Made by a program: the position numbers and the translations under genes. A DNA stretch of 10,380 nt, taken from NCBI GenBank assembly GCA_037381445.1, contig JARRQT010000221.1, positions 1 to 10,380 of the forward strand, in the 5' to 3' direction. Numbering within the stretch: the first letter of the stretch is position 1; the number at the start of each line of letters is the position of its first letter. Shown here one piece after another: positions 8,062 to 10,380 of the stretch. The notes beneath the pieces were generated by a model, which was given only the letters and a program-made list of their open reading frames with translations, had not been told where the DNA came from and made no database searches. This stretch comes from Calditrichia bacterium. GTDB taxonomy: Bacteria; Calditrichota; Calditrichia; RBG-13-44-9.

Positions 8062-9354
8062 ATGCCGAAGAATAAGAATGTCATCATTGCCCAGTCGGGC
8101 GGGCCTTCTCCGGTGATTAATAATTCCCTTCGCGGGATTATTGAAACCTGCCGCATGTTCCCCGATAAGTTCGGGAAGATTTACGGCGGGTATCACGGTA
8201 TTGAAGGCATCTTAAAAGAAAATCTGCTGGACCTTTCCGCGCAGCGCGAAGAAGAGATTTCACTGCTGCGCACCACCCCCGCGGCCGGTTCCATCGGCAC
8301 CTGCCGCTACAAGCTCAAAGCCCACCAGACCGAAGATTTCCAGCGGGTGATCGAGGTCTTCCGGGCCCACGACATCGGCTATTTCTTCTACATCGGGGGA
8401 AATGATTCCATGGACACCGCCAACAAGATCGCCAAACTGGCCGGCGGGCAGGGGCTGGACGTGTCGGCGGTGGGCGTTTCCAAGACCATCGACAACGATG
8501 TGGGCGATTCGGAATTCAAACTGATCGATCACACGCCGGGATACGGCAGCGTGGCGCGCTACTGGGCCAACATTGTGCAGAATGTGAACGAGGAGAACGC
8601 GGGATCATCGCCGGCGGACCCGGTGCTGGTGCTGCAGGCCATGGGCCGGAAAATCGGCTTTATCCCCGCGGCGGCGCGGCTGGCGGACCCCGGGCGCAGC
8701 ATGCCGCTGCAGATCTACATGGCGGAATCCGGGGTGAGCATGCCGGAGCTGGCGGACAATGTGAACGACGAGCTGAAGCGCAGCGGCCGGGCGATTGTGA
8801 TTGTGAGCGAGGGCTTCAGCGTGGGGCAGATCGGGGAGGTGAAGGACTCCTTCGGCCATACCGAATTCAGCGCCAGCCAGATGACCGCCCAGCAGGCGGT
8901 GGTGAATTACCTGAACCAGGCCGGCATTCACGCGCGCGGTTCGGCCCGCGGCCAGACGCCCGGCACCGACCAGCGCGACACCATCATCTACGCCTCCACG
9001 GTGGACCTGGACGAGGCCTACAAGATAGGGCAGAACGCGGTGGTCATCGCGGTGGAGAACGGTTCGGGCTACATGTCCACCATTCTGCGGCGGCCCGGCC
9101 TGATCTACTGCGTGGATTACGACAAGGTGCCGCTGGACCTGGTGGCCAATTCGGAGCGGAAATTCCCGCGGGAGTGGCTGGCGCCCAGCCGCATCGATGT
9201 GACCGATGATTTCGTGCGCTACGCAAGGCCGCTGACCGGCGAGGACTGGGTGAGCGTCCCGGTTGTCAACGGGCGGCAGCGTTTCGCGCGCTTCGAACCC
9301 GTTTTCGCGGAGCGGACACTGCCCGCCTACGAACCGCAGGCATACAAAAAATAG
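8062..9354 (+). CDS. pfp: Phosphofructokinase A-family kinase, PPi-dependent signature (diphosphate--fructose-6-phosphate 1-phosphotransferase-like)
   Basis: 430 aa with AQSGGPSPVIN, IGTCRYKL, YIGGNDSMDT (Asp after GGx indicates PPi type), SKTIDND (Lys indicates PPi type), DHTPGYGS, MGR and VSEG. RBS GAGGTG. Confidence 0.8.
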   Translation: MPKNKNVIIAQSGGPSPVINNSLRGIIETCRMFPDKFGKIYGGYHGIEGILKENLLDLSAQREEEISLLRTTPAAGSIGTCRYKLKAHQTEDFQRVIEVFRAHDIGYFFYIGGNDSMDTANKIAKLAGGQGLDVSAVGVSKTIDNDVGDSEFKLIDHTPGYGSVARYWANIVQNVNEENAGSSPADPVLVLQAMGRKIGFIPAAARLADPGRSMPLQIYMAESGVSMPELADNVNDELKRSGRAIVIVSEGFSVGQIGEVKDSFGHTEFSASQMTAQQAVVNYLNQAGIHARGSARGQTPGTDQRDTIIYASTVDLDEAYKIGQNAVVIAVENGSGYMSTILRRPGLIYCVDYDKVPLDLVANSERKFPREWLAPSRIDVTDDFVRYARPLTGEDWVSVPVVNGRQRFARFEPVFAERTLPAYEPQAYKK

Positions 9355-9387
9355 TGAGAGACAGAAAGACAGTAAGGAGAAACAGAC

Positions 9388-10275
9388 ATGGTAGATCCAC
9401 AGCATGAGCTGAAAAATTTAGAACCCAGGCACCGCTTTCTGGTGGCCATCGACTCGGACGGCTGCGCCTTCGACAGCATGGAGATAAAGCACAAGGAGTG
9501 TTTCATTCCCAACATCATCAAGCACTGGGACCTGCAGCCGGTATCAAAATACGCGCGGGCGGCGGCGGAGTTCGTGAACCTCTACTCCAAATGGCGGGGC
9601 ATCAACCGCTTCCCGGCGCTGACCATGGTGTTCGATCTGCTGAACGACTGGCCGGAGGTGCAGAAGCGGGGCGTGAAAATCCCGGACGTGCCCGGCCTGC
9701 GGGAGTGGATAAAGCGGGAGACCAAACTGGGGAACCCCGCCCTGAAGGCCGAAGTGGGCCGCAGCGGGGATGAAGAGCTGACCCGGGCGCTGGCCTGGAG
9801 TGAAGCGGTGAACGCCACGGTGGCGGACATGGTGCGCGGGGTGCCGCCGTTTCCCTACGTGCGGGAGAGCCTGCAGAAGATTTCGGAGTGGGCGGACATC
9901 ATTGTCTGTTCCGCCACGCCCTACGAGGCGCTGCGCCGGGAATGGGAAGAGCACGGCATCGCGGGATACACGCGGGTGATAGCCGGGCAGGAGATGGGCA
10001 GCAAGAAAGAGCACCTGCAGATGGCCATTGAAGGCAAGTATGAGCGGGAGAACGTGATCATGATGGGAGACGCCCCCGGCGACATGAAAGCGGCGCGGGC
10101 CAACAACATCAAGTTCTTCCCCATCAACCCCGGGAAGGAAGAGGGCTCCTGGGAGCTGTTCTACAGCGAGGGAGCGGACAAGCTGCGCAGCGGCGGATAT
10201 TCGGCGGAATACGAGGCGGGGCTGATCGAGGCCTTCGAGGCGCTGCTGCCGGAGCTGCCGCCCTGGAAGCGGTGA
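9388..10275 (+). CDS. HAD-superfamily hydrolase (putative sugar-phosphate phosphatase)
   Basis: 295 aa with motif I IDSDGCAFD (DxD), motif II VCSAT, the motif III Lys in GSKKEH and motif IV MMGDAPGD. RBS TAAGGAG. Confidence 0.85.
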   Translation: MVDPQHELKNLEPRHRFLVAIDSDGCAFDSMEIKHKECFIPNIIKHWDLQPVSKYARAAAEFVNLYSKWRGINRFPALTMVFDLLNDWPEVQKRGVKIPDVPGLREWIKRETKLGNPALKAEVGRSGDEELTRALAWSEAVNATVADMVRGVPPFPYVRESLQKISEWADIIVCSATPYEALRREWEEHGIAGYTRVIAGQEMGSKKEHLQMAIEGKYERENVIMMGDAPGDMKAARANNIKFFPINPGKEEGSWELFYSEGADKLRSGGYSAEYEAGLIEAFEALLPELPPWKR

Positions 10276-10329
10276 AGCGCCGGCCGGAAGGACAGGCCGG
10301 AGACATTTAACCGGATATCATTTAAAAAT

Positions 10330-10380
10330 AGCGTGAGTTCGACATAATAAAAATGTCAATTAAATTATGTTGGAAGCTAT
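10330..10380 (+). repeat. Second, truncated copy of the left end of the 6388-6627 element
   Basis: 10330-10380 aligns without gaps to 6388-6438 at 36 of 51 positions, sharing ttcgacataa and attaaatYatgtt. It runs off the window edge. Confidence 0.65.

Noticed and set aside
5366..10014. Long minus-strand ORFs opposite gnd, larA-like, pfp-like and HAD (5366-6208, 6841-7752, 8605-9405, 9544-10014)
   Set aside because: Each lies almost wholly opposite a well-supported + strand gene, which is typical of stop-codon depletion on the antisense strand.
10280..10300. Hairpin ccggcc-N9-ggccgg after the HAD gene as a terminator
   Set aside because: It has a 6-bp stem with a long loop and no adjacent U-tract.

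Overview
Bacterial sugar-acid catabolism cluster, all on the + strand. In order it encodes a 5'-truncated TRAP small permease, a TRAP large permease, a UxuB-type SDR (fructuronate/D-mannonate oxidoreductase), transketolase, 6-phosphogluconate dehydrogenase, a LarA-superfamily (nickel-pincer) hydroxy-acid epimerase, a divergent PPi-type phosphofructokinase-family kinase and a HAD phosphatase. The gene set suggests hexuronate is routed mannonate -> gluconate -> 6-phosphogluconate -> pentose phosphate pathway rather than through UxuA/Entner-Doudoroff. No gluconate kinase is visible in the window, and Gnd has an NAD-type cofactor loop. The transketolase is broken by two tandem duplications (43 nt and 14 nt) whose copies differ only at synonymous sites, which points to a second allele spliced in, most likely during assembly. 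A ~240 bp MITE/REP-like element lies after gnd, and the start of a second copy appears at the right edge of the window.
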